The notes below the pieces were generated by a model that did not search any database, was not told the DNA's origin, and saw only the letters and a list, made by a program, of their open reading frames with translations. A DNA stretch of 15,990 bases from Fibrobacteria bacterium (GTDB lineage Bacteria; Fibrobacterota; Fibrobacteria; UBA11236), in contig JAYTHY010000015.1 of the NCBI GenBank assembly GCA_043732185.1, positions 1-15,990 of the forward strand. Reading direction: 5' to 3'. Numbering within the stretch: position 1 is the first letter of the stretch; every line of letters starts with the position of its first letter. Shown here in pieces: positions 8,079 through 15,537 of the stretch. The position numbers and the translations under genes were made by a program.

Positions 8079-8769
8079 ACGTATCCGTTCGGCTTGGGAA
8101 CAATCCGTTATAGGTTTGCAATCCGGATTATTTTTTAAACGAATGCTTGAAGGAAGCCTGACCCTCACGCATTATAAAGCACTATTACGGGAAACCTATT
8201 ACAATACCAAAGAAAATCCAGAATCCTTTGCCTTGATGGCTGGACATCTAAAAGGGAAAAAGCGCAATATTTCAAAGCAGATTTTCCGACACTGCACGGC
8301 GGAATACGGGCATCATGAAATGGCCTTGGATGATTTGCGTAATTTAGGTGTTGATACTTCTTCAATACCGAGCCACCGGCCATTGCCAACCACGGAGGCA
8401 ATGCTGGCCTTTGCCATATACCACATTCAACATCGCAACCCGCTCACCTATTTGGGCTATGTCTATCATCTCGAAACTCTACCGGCAACTAGCGGTCACG
8501 GTATCATCGCTAGCCTGACTCGGATGGGTGTACCCAAAAATGCCATGTCCTTTATTACTGAACATGCCCATTCTGATGTTGGCCATACCAAATGGCTGGA
8601 GGAGTATTTTGAGGAGGCAATTGAGAACGAAGAGGATCTCGATGCCGTCATCCACGGAGTAAAAGGAACCTGTACGCTCCATGCGGTGATGCTGCAAGGC
8701 ATCCTTGATTCGGTAGAAGAGTCCGAGAAGGTCATCCCCGAATTATTAGGGTCAGCAAATCATGAGTAA
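8071..8769 (+). CDS. Heme-oxygenase-like diiron oxidase/oxygenase (iron-containing redox enzyme; TenA/PqqC/CADD fold)
   Basis: Candidate metal ligands EYGH, YHLE and HAHSDVGH (HxxxDxxH), as in CADD-type HDOs. ATG 8071 follows SD AAGGAA. Overlaps both neighbours by 8 bp. Confidence 0.85.
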   Translation: MNERIRSAWEQSVIGLQSGLFFKRMLEGSLTLTHYKALLRETYYNTKENPESFALMAGHLKGKKRNISKQIFRHCTAEYGHHEMALDDLRNLGVDTSSIPSHRPLPTTEAMLAFAIYHIQHRNPLTYLGYVYHLETLPATSGHGIIASLTRMGVPKNAMSFITEHAHSDVGHTKWLEEYFEEAIENEEDLDAVIHGVKGTCTLHAVMLQGILDSVEESEKVIPELLGSANHE

Positions 8770-10474
8770 GAGATCGCAAATCAAAACGGGGAATCGCAAA
8801 AAACATGCATCCCTGGTTTTGCCTGAAGTTGAGACATGGCAAGATTGGACACCTGTCCCGGCTGCCGAGCGCATCATCCCGGAAACCGGCTTATCACGCT
8901 TTCCCGGCCTCTTCGAACACCGCAGCCAAGACCGCATCTCCCAAAGAGAACTGGGCCTCGTCGCCCTTTCCATCCGCCTCCCCGGAAAGCAGGAATGGCA
9001 AAACGTAAAACTCTGGGACTTCACCTCCATTTCCTTCGGCATCCTTTTCGAAAATCAACCGGAATTCATAAGCTGGGATCCGGAGCCTTCCCTCTCCCCC
9101 GCCAACACCGCCAACCCCGCATCCAATTCCCTCCAAATCCCATTGCAACTCGGCGATGAAATCGAACTGCGCATCAAAGTCACCCACCATCAGGAATTCC
9201 AAATCTGGTGTCAGGTCAAAAATATGCTGCCCTGGAAGGACGGCCTTAAAATCGGCCTGCGCCGCCTAGACATCGGCTTTCCACAGGCCGTGGACACCAA
9301 TCGTCGCGAAGCCTTCCGACTGCCTCTGGCACCGGCTCTCGCCCTCCATGCCCGCATCAAGCACCCCTTTATCTACGGCTATTGGTGCCAGCTCGTTGTC
9401 TCGGATGTCAACCGAAACATGGGCCTCTCTTTTCTAAGTACCGATGCCTCGGTTTTGCTATTCGAGGGCATGGAACTGCAGCTGCATTTTGAATTGGCTG
9501 GCCATCGGGAAAGCCCCATGGTCGTGCGGGTAGCGTGGGTGCATGCTACGGAAGCCAACCATGTCAAGTTTGGCGTGGATTGCCTGGACATGGACTGGCA
9601 ACTGCACAACGGCATCTGCGCCTTTCTCCTTTTCTCCGGACATTGGACCCCGTCCCGCCTGCGCGAAGCTGGTTTCAAATCCCAGCAAGTGAAAAGCCGC
9701 CTCCGCTTTCGCACCGTCAAAACCATGGAGGACTATGCCGAGGTCCTCTACCTGCGCCGCGATGCCTACGTGGGCGCGGGCAAGAAGCCGGATGGGACAA
9801 CTCCCGAGTCCATGGCCGGCCCCTTGGATGGCCTCAGTCGCATCCTTATGACCCACCACCACGGCACTTTGGTAGGCACCATGACATTCACCTACCCCGT
9901 TTCCGAGGAAACTATTCTGGACAGCCAGATGGGATTTCCGGGGCAAAAGTATCCCGTAGCGATTCCGCCCAAAGCCAATCTCATCGAAGTCTCCCGGCTA
10001 TGCATCCATCAGGAATACCGCAATACGGATTTGCTGCAAGGCCTTTTCGAACATGGCATGAAGCATTTTCTCATGTCCGATCGCCACTGGCTTCTGACCT
10101 CGGCCGTTTCCGATCTGCTCCCCACCTACCAGCGCATCGGTTTCAAAAAGCTGAAGGCCAGTTACAAACATCCCGCCCTGAACAATCAAGAACACCACAT
10201 GATCCTGGCCCCGCGCAGCGCGTTCCTATGGGGTAAAGGCATGAACCTGTTGGTCTGGAACACCCTTTTCGGCGACGTGATCGAATACCTGCTCAACCGG
10301 AATCTGGTGACCGTAACCGGCACGGAACGCCTGCTGATTAGAACCAAACTCCTTTTCCGTCCACTGCTGAAACGCTTTTTGGCTACCCGCGCCAACCAAG
10401 CCTTCCGCTTGCATCTGCAGGCCCTGCGACTGGCTGCTCTGCGGGAGCGGCCGAGAAGCGCTGGTACGTTATGA
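8762..10474 (+). CDS. PilZ-PilZ-GNAT protein (FeeM/LuxI-like N-acyltransferase), paralog B
   Basis: RSQDR-x27-DFTSIS and RREAFR-x28-DVNRNMG, plus the PilZ C-terminal strand VRVAWVH...KFGVDC. GNAT: LRRDAYV...LVGTMTF...LIEVSRLCIHQEYRNTDLL...YQRIGFK. Confidence 0.85.
   Translation: MSKRSQIKTGNRKKHASLVLPEVETWQDWTPVPAAERIIPETGLSRFPGLFEHRSQDRISQRELGLVALSIRLPGKQEWQNVKLWDFTSISFGILFENQPEFISWDPEPSLSPANTANPASNSLQIPLQLGDEIELRIKVTHHQEFQIWCQVKNMLPWKDGLKIGLRRLDIGFPQAVDTNRREAFRLPLAPALALHARIKHPFIYGYWCQLVVSDVNRNMGLSFLSTDASVLLFEGMELQLHFELAGHRESPMVVRVAWVHATEANHVKFGVDCLDMDWQLHNGICAFLLFSGHWTPSRLREAGFKSQQVKSRLRFRTVKTMEDYAEVLYLRRDAYVGAGKKPDGTTPESMAGPLDGLSRILMTHHHGTLVGTMTFTYPVSEETILDSQMGFPGQKYPVAIPPKANLIEVSRLCIHQEYRNTDLLQGLFEHGMKHFLMSDRHWLLTSAVSDLLPTYQRIGFKKLKASYKHPALNNQEHHMILAPRSAFLWGKGMNLLVWNTLFGDVIEYLLNRNLVTVTGTERLLIRTKLLFRPLLKRFLATRANQAFRLHLQALRLAALRERPRSAGTL
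10320..10469 (+). repeat. 150-bp direct repeat, copy 1 (3' end of paralog B)
   Basis: 141/150 identical to 11323-11472 by manual alignment. Confidence 0.97.
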
Positions 10475-10486
10475 CAGTATCCAGTT

Positions 10487-10876
10487 TCAATGATTGGAAG
10501 GCATTATTTTTTGAACGACTCTTTTCCCGGGTAGTCCTAATCCTTTAGGTTTGGCATGCTTTCTCTGTCGTAGTTTCGGTTTTTGTCGTATCGTTGCCTC
10601 AACACGGAGTCGGAATCCCATCTCCTGAAAGATCGAAGAAAGGCTCTGCAATTCTGGGTTTCCCTTTTCCGATAGAATCCTGTTTAGATTAACCCTGTGG
10701 AGCTTTGTTTTCCGGGCTAAGGTCTGTATTCCGCCCTGAGCAAGAGCGACGTTCCTCAAGGCGAGCAGAAAAACCCGTGGGTCAGAGTCCTCAAGGGCCG
10801 CGTCAAGATACGCAGCAGCCTGAACGTCATCCTTCAAATCTTCTAGCAAAGCCTGATAATAACTTTTACTTCTCAC
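10487..10876 (-). CDS. Addiction-module antidote protein (HI1420/HigA-like HTH antitoxin)
   Basis: AAAYLDAALEDSDPRVFLLALRNVALAQGGIQTLARKTKLHRVNLNRILSEKGNPELQSL. GTGA overlap with the toxin stop. Confidence 0.92.
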   Translation of the reverse strand: MRSKSYYQALLEDLKDDVQAAAYLDAALEDSDPRVFLLALRNVALAQGGIQTLARKTKLHRVNLNRILSEKGNPELQSLSSIFQEMGFRLRVEATIRQKPKLRQRKHAKPKGLGLPGKRVVQKIMPSNH

Positions 10877-11205
10877 TTATGCTTCTCCTCTAAAAATTTG
10901 AACCAATATTTTCGAGCCATAAGGATGTCCTTTTTCTGTGAGGATTTGTCGCCACCGATTATCAAAAGAACAATCCTGTACGCATCCCTACCGTAATAGA
11001 CCCGGTAACCTGGACCGAAATCAATTTTAAGTTCCCAAAGATTCCCCTTAAGGTCTCGTGAATCTCCGAACAATCCCAGTGCAATTCTATCGATTCTAGT
11101 TCTAACAATTCCCTTCGATTTTACATCTTTGAGCTTGGATAACCAGGCTTCGAATGGACATTCCCCTGAATCAAGCTGCAAAGTTCTAATTTCGTAACGG
11201 ATCAT
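10873..11205 (-). CDS. Addiction-module killer protein (RelE/ParE superfamily, HI1419/HigB-like)
   Basis: PFEAWLSKLKD...RIDRIALGLFGDSRDL...WELKIDFGPGYRVYYG...LLIIGGDKSSQKKDI. Toxin-first gene order. Confidence 0.93.
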   Translation of the reverse strand: MIRYEIRTLQLDSGECPFEAWLSKLKDVKSKGIVRTRIDRIALGLFGDSRDLKGNLWELKIDFGPGYRVYYGRDAYRIVLLIIGGDKSSQKKDILMARKYWFKFLEEKHK

Positions 11206-11232
11206 AATTGTATCTTAAAAGATACAATTATG
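11203..11232. promoter_or_regulatory. Operator palindrome overlapping the toxin start codon
   Basis: CATAATTGTATCTT-AA-AAGATACAATTATG, perfect 14-bp arms. Confidence 0.8.
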
Positions 11233-11300
11233 CAATCTAAAAATCAAGGTAAAATACCAGGAAACCCAATTAGGAAAGTGCCAAATGAATTGGCCCGAAG

Positions 11301-11474
11301 TGCATTCTTCACGAATACCGCAGCACGGAACGCCTGCTGATTAGAACCAAACTACTTTTCAGTCCACTGCTGAAGCGCTTTCTGGCTACCCGCGCCAACC
11401 AAGCCTTCCGCTTGCATCTGCAGGCCCTGCGACTGGCTGCCTTGCGAGAGCGGCCTAGAAGCGTTGGTACGTAA
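11301..11474 (+). pseudogene. Internally deleted second copy of the paralog B 3' region
   Basis: Reads CILHEYRS-TERLLIRTKLLFSPLLKRFLATRANQAFRLHLQALRLAALRERPRSVGT*. 11301-11330 matches 10001-10030 at 24/30, then the sequence jumps to match 10320-10469. Confidence 0.85.
11323..11472 (+). repeat. 150-bp direct repeat, copy 2
   Basis: Offset 1003 bp from copy 1, with 9 mismatches. Confidence 0.97.
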
Positions 11475-11607
11475 TATAGGTGGTTTTTGCCAAATTTGAT
11501 GAAAATTAGCCTATTTTTGGGTGTGAAAGCCCACATTCCCATAAACCTACTTGCCCTTTTATCTGGGTAGGAGGTATGTTTAAGTAAAGAAGTCGAAAGG
11601 CAATGAA

Positions 11608-11871
11608 ATGGCACTTGTACACCTGGATCCAAAAAAGCGTGTGGCACTGGGTAAACTCCTGCAGGGGCGGGACGTGAGCACCTTTGATGCCGAAGTTCTG
11701 CCCTCTGGTGAAATTCTGTTAAGGCCAATGGCCGTAGTTCCAGAGCATTGGATCTACAAGAATCCAAAAGCTTTGGCATCCTTGAAGCGAGGAGTTGAAG
11801 GTGCAGCTTCGGGTCGGGGTCGATCGTTGACCGAAATTCGCAAGGATCTGAAAGCCAAAGGTCTGCGGTAG
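11608..11871 (+). CDS. AbrB/MazE-like antitoxin
   Basis: LDPKKRVALGK...GEILLRP swapped-hairpin pattern, then WIYKNPKALASLKRG...GR. Lies directly upstream of a RelE-like gene. Confidence 0.75.
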   Translation: MALVHLDPKKRVALGKLLQGRDVSTFDAEVLPSGEILLRPMAVVPEHWIYKNPKALASLKRGVEGAASGRGRSLTEIRKDLKAKGLR

Positions 11872-11884
11872 TAGGTAATTCAAA

Positions 11885-12178
11885 TTGAAGTTTGAAATAG
11901 TTTTATCGCCAGAGGCCCATGAACAATATGCCGCCTTGCACACACCAGCTGGCAAAACCGTTTTAAAAGCCATAGACAAGACCCTCGCATACATGGAAAC
12001 AAACCTAAGGCATCCATCCTTGAATACCCATGAATTTTATGGAATGAAAGGCCCGGACGGAGAAAAAATTCTTGAATCCTATGCTCAGAATAAAACGCCG
12101 GGAGCATATAGGATTTTTTGGTACTATGGTCCCGGTAAAAATAGATTGACAATTCTTTGTATCACACCGCACCCATAG
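11885..12178 (+). CDS. RelE/ParE superfamily toxin
   Basis: 97 aa: FEIVLSPEAHEQY...NLRHPSLNTHEF...ESYAQNKTPGAYRIFWYYGP...ITPHP. Confidence 0.75.
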   Translation: MKFEIVLSPEAHEQYAALHTPAGKTVLKAIDKTLAYMETNLRHPSLNTHEFYGMKGPDGEKILESYAQNKTPGAYRIFWYYGPGKNRLTILCITPHP

Positions 12179-12222
12179 AGTTAGGAGTATGTTCCAAAGG
12201 TCGACTTGCCGCTCTGCCAAAG

Positions 12223-12375
12223 ATGCAGGAGGATGTTGCTAGTTTGGAACGCATGTCGACGGATTTGCATATGCCTGTGCTTGCCATCCTGGTTTCCAAA
12301 TGTCCAACTGCAAAAAGGATTGGAATAGTTTTGTGTTTGCCCTGACAACGTGCCTTGGAGGAAATCGGAGTGTAA
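12223..12375 (+). pseudogene. Probable C-terminal remnant of another DUF4143-type ATPase
   Basis: MQEDVASLERMSTDLHMPVLAILVSKCPTAKRIGIVLCLP*QRALEEIGV*. The internal TGA (12343-12345) sits where a Trp (LPW) would be expected. Family call is from recollection of the C-terminal pattern. Confidence 0.45.
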
Positions 12376-12461
12376 TCCGTTCTTTTGCATTTATTTAATC
12401 AAGGAACATGGATTCCCATTCCAATTTTGGTTTAATTCGTTGAAAAAATGCATTTTATGCA

Positions 12462-12490
12462 TTGTAAACCTTAAAAATATCGTCTAGAAT
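12462..12490 (+). promoter_or_regulatory. Candidate promoter, probably giving a leaderless transcript
   Basis: TTGTAA (12462-12467), 17 nt, TAGAAT (12485-12490). ATG 12499 is 8 nt downstream and has no SD. Confidence 0.6.
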
Positions 12491-12498
12491 TAATTTAA

Positions 12499-13014
12499 AT
12501 GTCGTTCATAATTATTTCAGAGTCCCTGAAAATTGCCGAAAAAAGACTGCTGGGGAAACCGTCCAAAAACTCTGGCAGGCGTCCACGTTCCGACCGTGGA
12601 AAGATGCGCATTTCCCCGAGACTTGCCGCAAAACTGAACGCGATTCTATCCGAACAGGAAAAGCCGTCCATAAAAAAAATATTGAGCGAGCTTACCGAGT
12701 ATTGCAATAAAAAAAGAGCCAAGCCGCCAGCGCGCGCCACGCTGTATCAATTTATGGCTAAAACTTCAACTGGGAATTATCAGCCGATGTCATTGCCAAT
12801 GGCGGTGCAGGACGCTTTATACAATTTGGACCTGAATGTTCCTGTCCCAGGCCACCAACTGGCCTTTTATTGTTTCAACTACGGGAACCTTGCTGCGATA
12901 AGTTTTGCTTCCGTTCTTCCATGGCTGCCTTTATACCAAGCTGCCAAAATGCGCGGGTATCGTGAAAAAAGCCGTGGCTTGCTTGAGGCCTTACTGCGGG
13001 TACGGGGAATATGA
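12499..13014 (+). CDS. Putative DNA-binding partner/antitoxin of AbiEii with a Mu/TnsB-transposase-like HTH
   Basis: RPRSDRGKMRI...KPSIKKI...YCNKKRAKPPARATLYQF resembles TnsB/Mu DNA-binding domains. No DDE domain follows. ATGA overlap with the AbiEii start. Confidence 0.65.
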   Translation: MSFIIISESLKIAEKRLLGKPSKNSGRRPRSDRGKMRISPRLAAKLNAILSEQEKPSIKKILSELTEYCNKKRAKPPARATLYQFMAKTSTGNYQPMSLPMAVQDALYNLDLNVPVPGHQLAFYCFNYGNLAAISFASVLPWLPLYQAAKMRGYREKSRGLLEALLRVRGI

Positions 13015-13479
13015 ACCCCCTTGCGCCCAGCCGTGTCATTCCTGAACTATTGGCCGAGGCCATTGCGAGTCTCCCGAAATACATCCATTTTTGTTTTGGA
13101 AATGTTGACACCTTTTTCTGAGGAACATCGCCTCACTGTCACCGGGATTCTCGCCACCAAGTTGCACGCAATTGTAGATCGGGGTTTTCGCCGCGATTTC
13201 TTCGATCTATATGTGATGCTTCAGGATCAGAGTCTGGGCATGGCAGATTGTTTAGCAGCCATGCGTGCCGTCCACGCCCAGCCTATCCCCGATCCCTTGC
13301 TTTTGCGTGCTCTGACTTATTTTGACGATGCGGATCGGGAAGCCCCACTCCCCAATGAAGGAAAAAAAGATTGGGAAACGGTGAAGGATTATTTCTTGAC
13401 CCGTATCGGACATTTATTGATTCCTCCTGCCCGGAAACTTGCCATCCAATCCCAGCGTATCGATGTGAAACCTGGATAA
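13011..13479 (+). pseudogene. AbiEii/AbiGii nucleotidyltransferase toxin, internally deleted and frameshifted
   Basis: The ATG 13011 frame stops at 13119-13121. A second frame carries the AbiEii C-terminal half (ILATKLHAIVDRGFRRDFFDLY...LLRALTYFDDAD...WETVKDYF). The N-terminal GGT...HRxSxDxD motif is absent. Confidence 0.85.
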
Positions 13480-13575
13480 ACAGGGCTTAAACCCTGACCT
13501 TAACTTCCGCCCCCCTTTTTGGTACGTTTACCGCCGTACCCCCCATTCAAGCGCTTATTCTCGCAAGGAAGTCCC

Positions 13576-15537
13576 GTGGCCGATAATGTTCTCACCGTCC
13601 AAAACCTGCATAAAGCCTGGGGTGAAAAAGTCCTTTTTGGAGGCCTGTCCTTTGGCATCGATCGCGGCCAAAAAGTAGCGCTGCTTGGCCTGAACGGCAG
13701 CGGCAAATCCACATTACTCCGCATCCTGGCAGGACGGGAAACGGATTTTGAAGGGGCCATCACTCGCCGTTCAAATTTCATCGACCGATACTTAGACCAA
13801 GCGGTGAAAGTAGTGCCGGCTGGTGACCCAACTTTGGTGCTGGGCGATTTAATCGCCGGCCGCACGGTGGCGGATGAAGTTTTTGCGCCCCAAGGACCGA
13901 TTGGAATTTTGTTGGCGCGCTATGTTATGGTGCTGCATGAAATGGGATTGCCGGAGCATGCGACCTTAAGCGAAGCGGCCACCGATCAGGCTCATGCGGA
14001 ACTGTCGCATTTAAATGACGCCATTGAGCGCGACCACGGTTGGGACCTGTATGGGCAGGTGCAGGCTTTGGCCGGACAGCTTGATTTGGATCTCACCTGG
14101 ACAATCGAAACAACCCTTTCCGGCGGACAGCTTAAAAAGATCCAATTGATTCGCGCCCTGGCCGGTACGCCGGACTTGCTACTGCTCGATGAGCCTACCA
14201 ACCATCTCGATGAAAGCGCCATCCGTTGGCTGGAAACGAAGCTGGCTACGTATCCCGGCACCATGATCGTGGTGACCCATGATCGTTATTTTCTGGAGAA
14301 TGCCGTCGATCATATACTGGAACTTTGGAACGGCGATATCCGATCCTTTCCCGGCAACTACGGCAAATATCTGGAGAAGCGGGCCGAACTGGAAGCCAAC
14401 CTGACCGTTACGGAAGGCAAGCGCATGGCCTTTCTCAAGGAAGAAATCCATTGGATCCGCCGTGGGCCCAAAGCGCGCGGCACCAAGGCCAAGGCCCGTA
14501 TCCAGCGCTTTGAAGACGCACGCGATCAAAAAGGGTATGCCGCCGATAAAATCATGGACCTCGATTTGGATTCCTCCGCGCGGCTGGGGAAAACCATTCT
14601 GGAAATCACGGGTCTGTGCAAGGCCTACGGCGATCGCACACTTTTCAGGAACCTGGACTTGAGCCTGCTCCCCGGCGACCGCATCGGAATTCTGGGCCCC
14701 AACGGTTCCGGCAAAACCACCTTTTTAAAAATCTTGCTGGGAAAACTACAGGCCGATTCCGGTGAGATAAAATTGGGCGTCAATACCTTGACTGCCTATT
14801 TCGATCAGAAACGCGAAAGCCTGGATCCGGAAAAAACCGTATGGCATACCTTGGGCGGTGATACCGAGTACGTGGAATTCGGCGGGACAAAAGTGCCCAA
14901 GCGCACCTTTCTCGAAAACTTCCTATTCCCCGCCCGCATGCATTTCTCCAAGGCTGGACGCCTTAGCGGCGGAGAGCAAAACCGTCTGCAACTGGCCATG
15001 GCATTAGTCGCCAACCCCGCCAACCTGCTGATTCTGGACGAACCCACCAACGACCTGGACATCGCCACGTTGCAAGTTCTAGAGCGCGCCCTGTCCGAAT
15101 TCCCTGGCTGCGCGATTGTAGTCAGCCACGATCGATTCTTTTTGGATCAGGTCGCCAACTCCATGCTCATCTTCAGCAAGAGCGGCAAGGTGCGCCAGCT
15201 GCAAGGCAATTACAGCGACTATCTGGACTCGGAAGCGGAAGACGAAAAAGCCGCGGCGGATGCGGCGGCAGCAGCCAAGGTTATCGTGGAGCAAACTAAA
15301 AAACGTCCGGGTTTGTCCCATCAGGAAAAAAAAGAATGGGAAACCATGGAAGCCAAAATTGCGGAAACGGAAAAAGCCGTGGAAGCTGCGGAAGCGGCAC
15401 TGGCAGTGGCCTCCAGCGCGGGAAAATTTATTGAAGTGCAAGAAGCGAATGTGCGGTATGAGGGATTAAAGAAAACGGTGGAGACTTTATTCGCTCGCTG
15501 GGAATGGCTGGATGCAAAACAAAGTGGGAAGAACTAG
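13576..15537 (+). CDS. uup: ABC-F family ATP-binding protein, Uup-like
   Basis: Two ABC cassettes (GLNGSGKST/LSGGQ/LLLLDEPTNHLD and GPNGSGKTT/LSGGE/LLILDEPTNDLD), linker WIRRGPKARGTKAKARI, and C-terminal coiled coil LSHQEKKEW...RWEWL. No TM. GTG 13576 follows SD AAGGAAG. Confidence 0.9.
   Translation: MADNVLTVQNLHKAWGEKVLFGGLSFGIDRGQKVALLGLNGSGKSTLLRILAGRETDFEGAITRRSNFIDRYLDQAVKVVPAGDPTLVLGDLIAGRTVADEVFAPQGPIGILLARYVMVLHEMGLPEHATLSEAATDQAHAELSHLNDAIERDHGWDLYGQVQALAGQLDLDLTWTIETTLSGGQLKKIQLIRALAGTPDLLLLDEPTNHLDESAIRWLETKLATYPGTMIVVTHDRYFLENAVDHILELWNGDIRSFPGNYGKYLEKRAELEANLTVTEGKRMAFLKEEIHWIRRGPKARGTKAKARIQRFEDARDQKGYAADKIMDLDLDSSARLGKTILEITGLCKAYGDRTLFRNLDLSLLPGDRIGILGPNGSGKTTFLKILLGKLQADSGEIKLGVNTLTAYFDQKRESLDPEKTVWHTLGGDTEYVEFGGTKVPKRTFLENFLFPARMHFSKAGRLSGGEQNRLQLAMALVANPANLLILDEPTNDLDIATLQVLERALSEFPGCAIVVSHDRFFLDQVANSMLIFSKSGKVRQLQGNYSDYLDSEAEDEKAAADAAAAAKVIVEQTKKRPGLSHQEKKEWETMEAKIAETEKAVEAAEAALAVASSAGKFIEVQEANVRYEGLKKTVETLFARWEWLDAKQSGKN

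Noticed and set aside
6537..10474. LuxI AHL synthase call
   Set aside because: The N-terminal Trp and ExDxxD residues typical of LuxI are not seen and no LuxR is nearby, so I kept the broader FeeM/LuxI-like GNAT call.
11309..11779. 156-aa minus-strand ORF
   Set aside because: It is antisense to the AbrB-like gene and the GNAT repeat, so it is a chance composite.
12499..13014. Transposase or IS element
   Set aside because: Only an HTH-like region is present, with no DDE domain or terminal inverted repeats, and the gene is coupled to AbiEii.
13481..13496. CAGGG...CCCTG hairpin as a terminator
   Set aside because: Only a 5-bp stem, with no U-tract.
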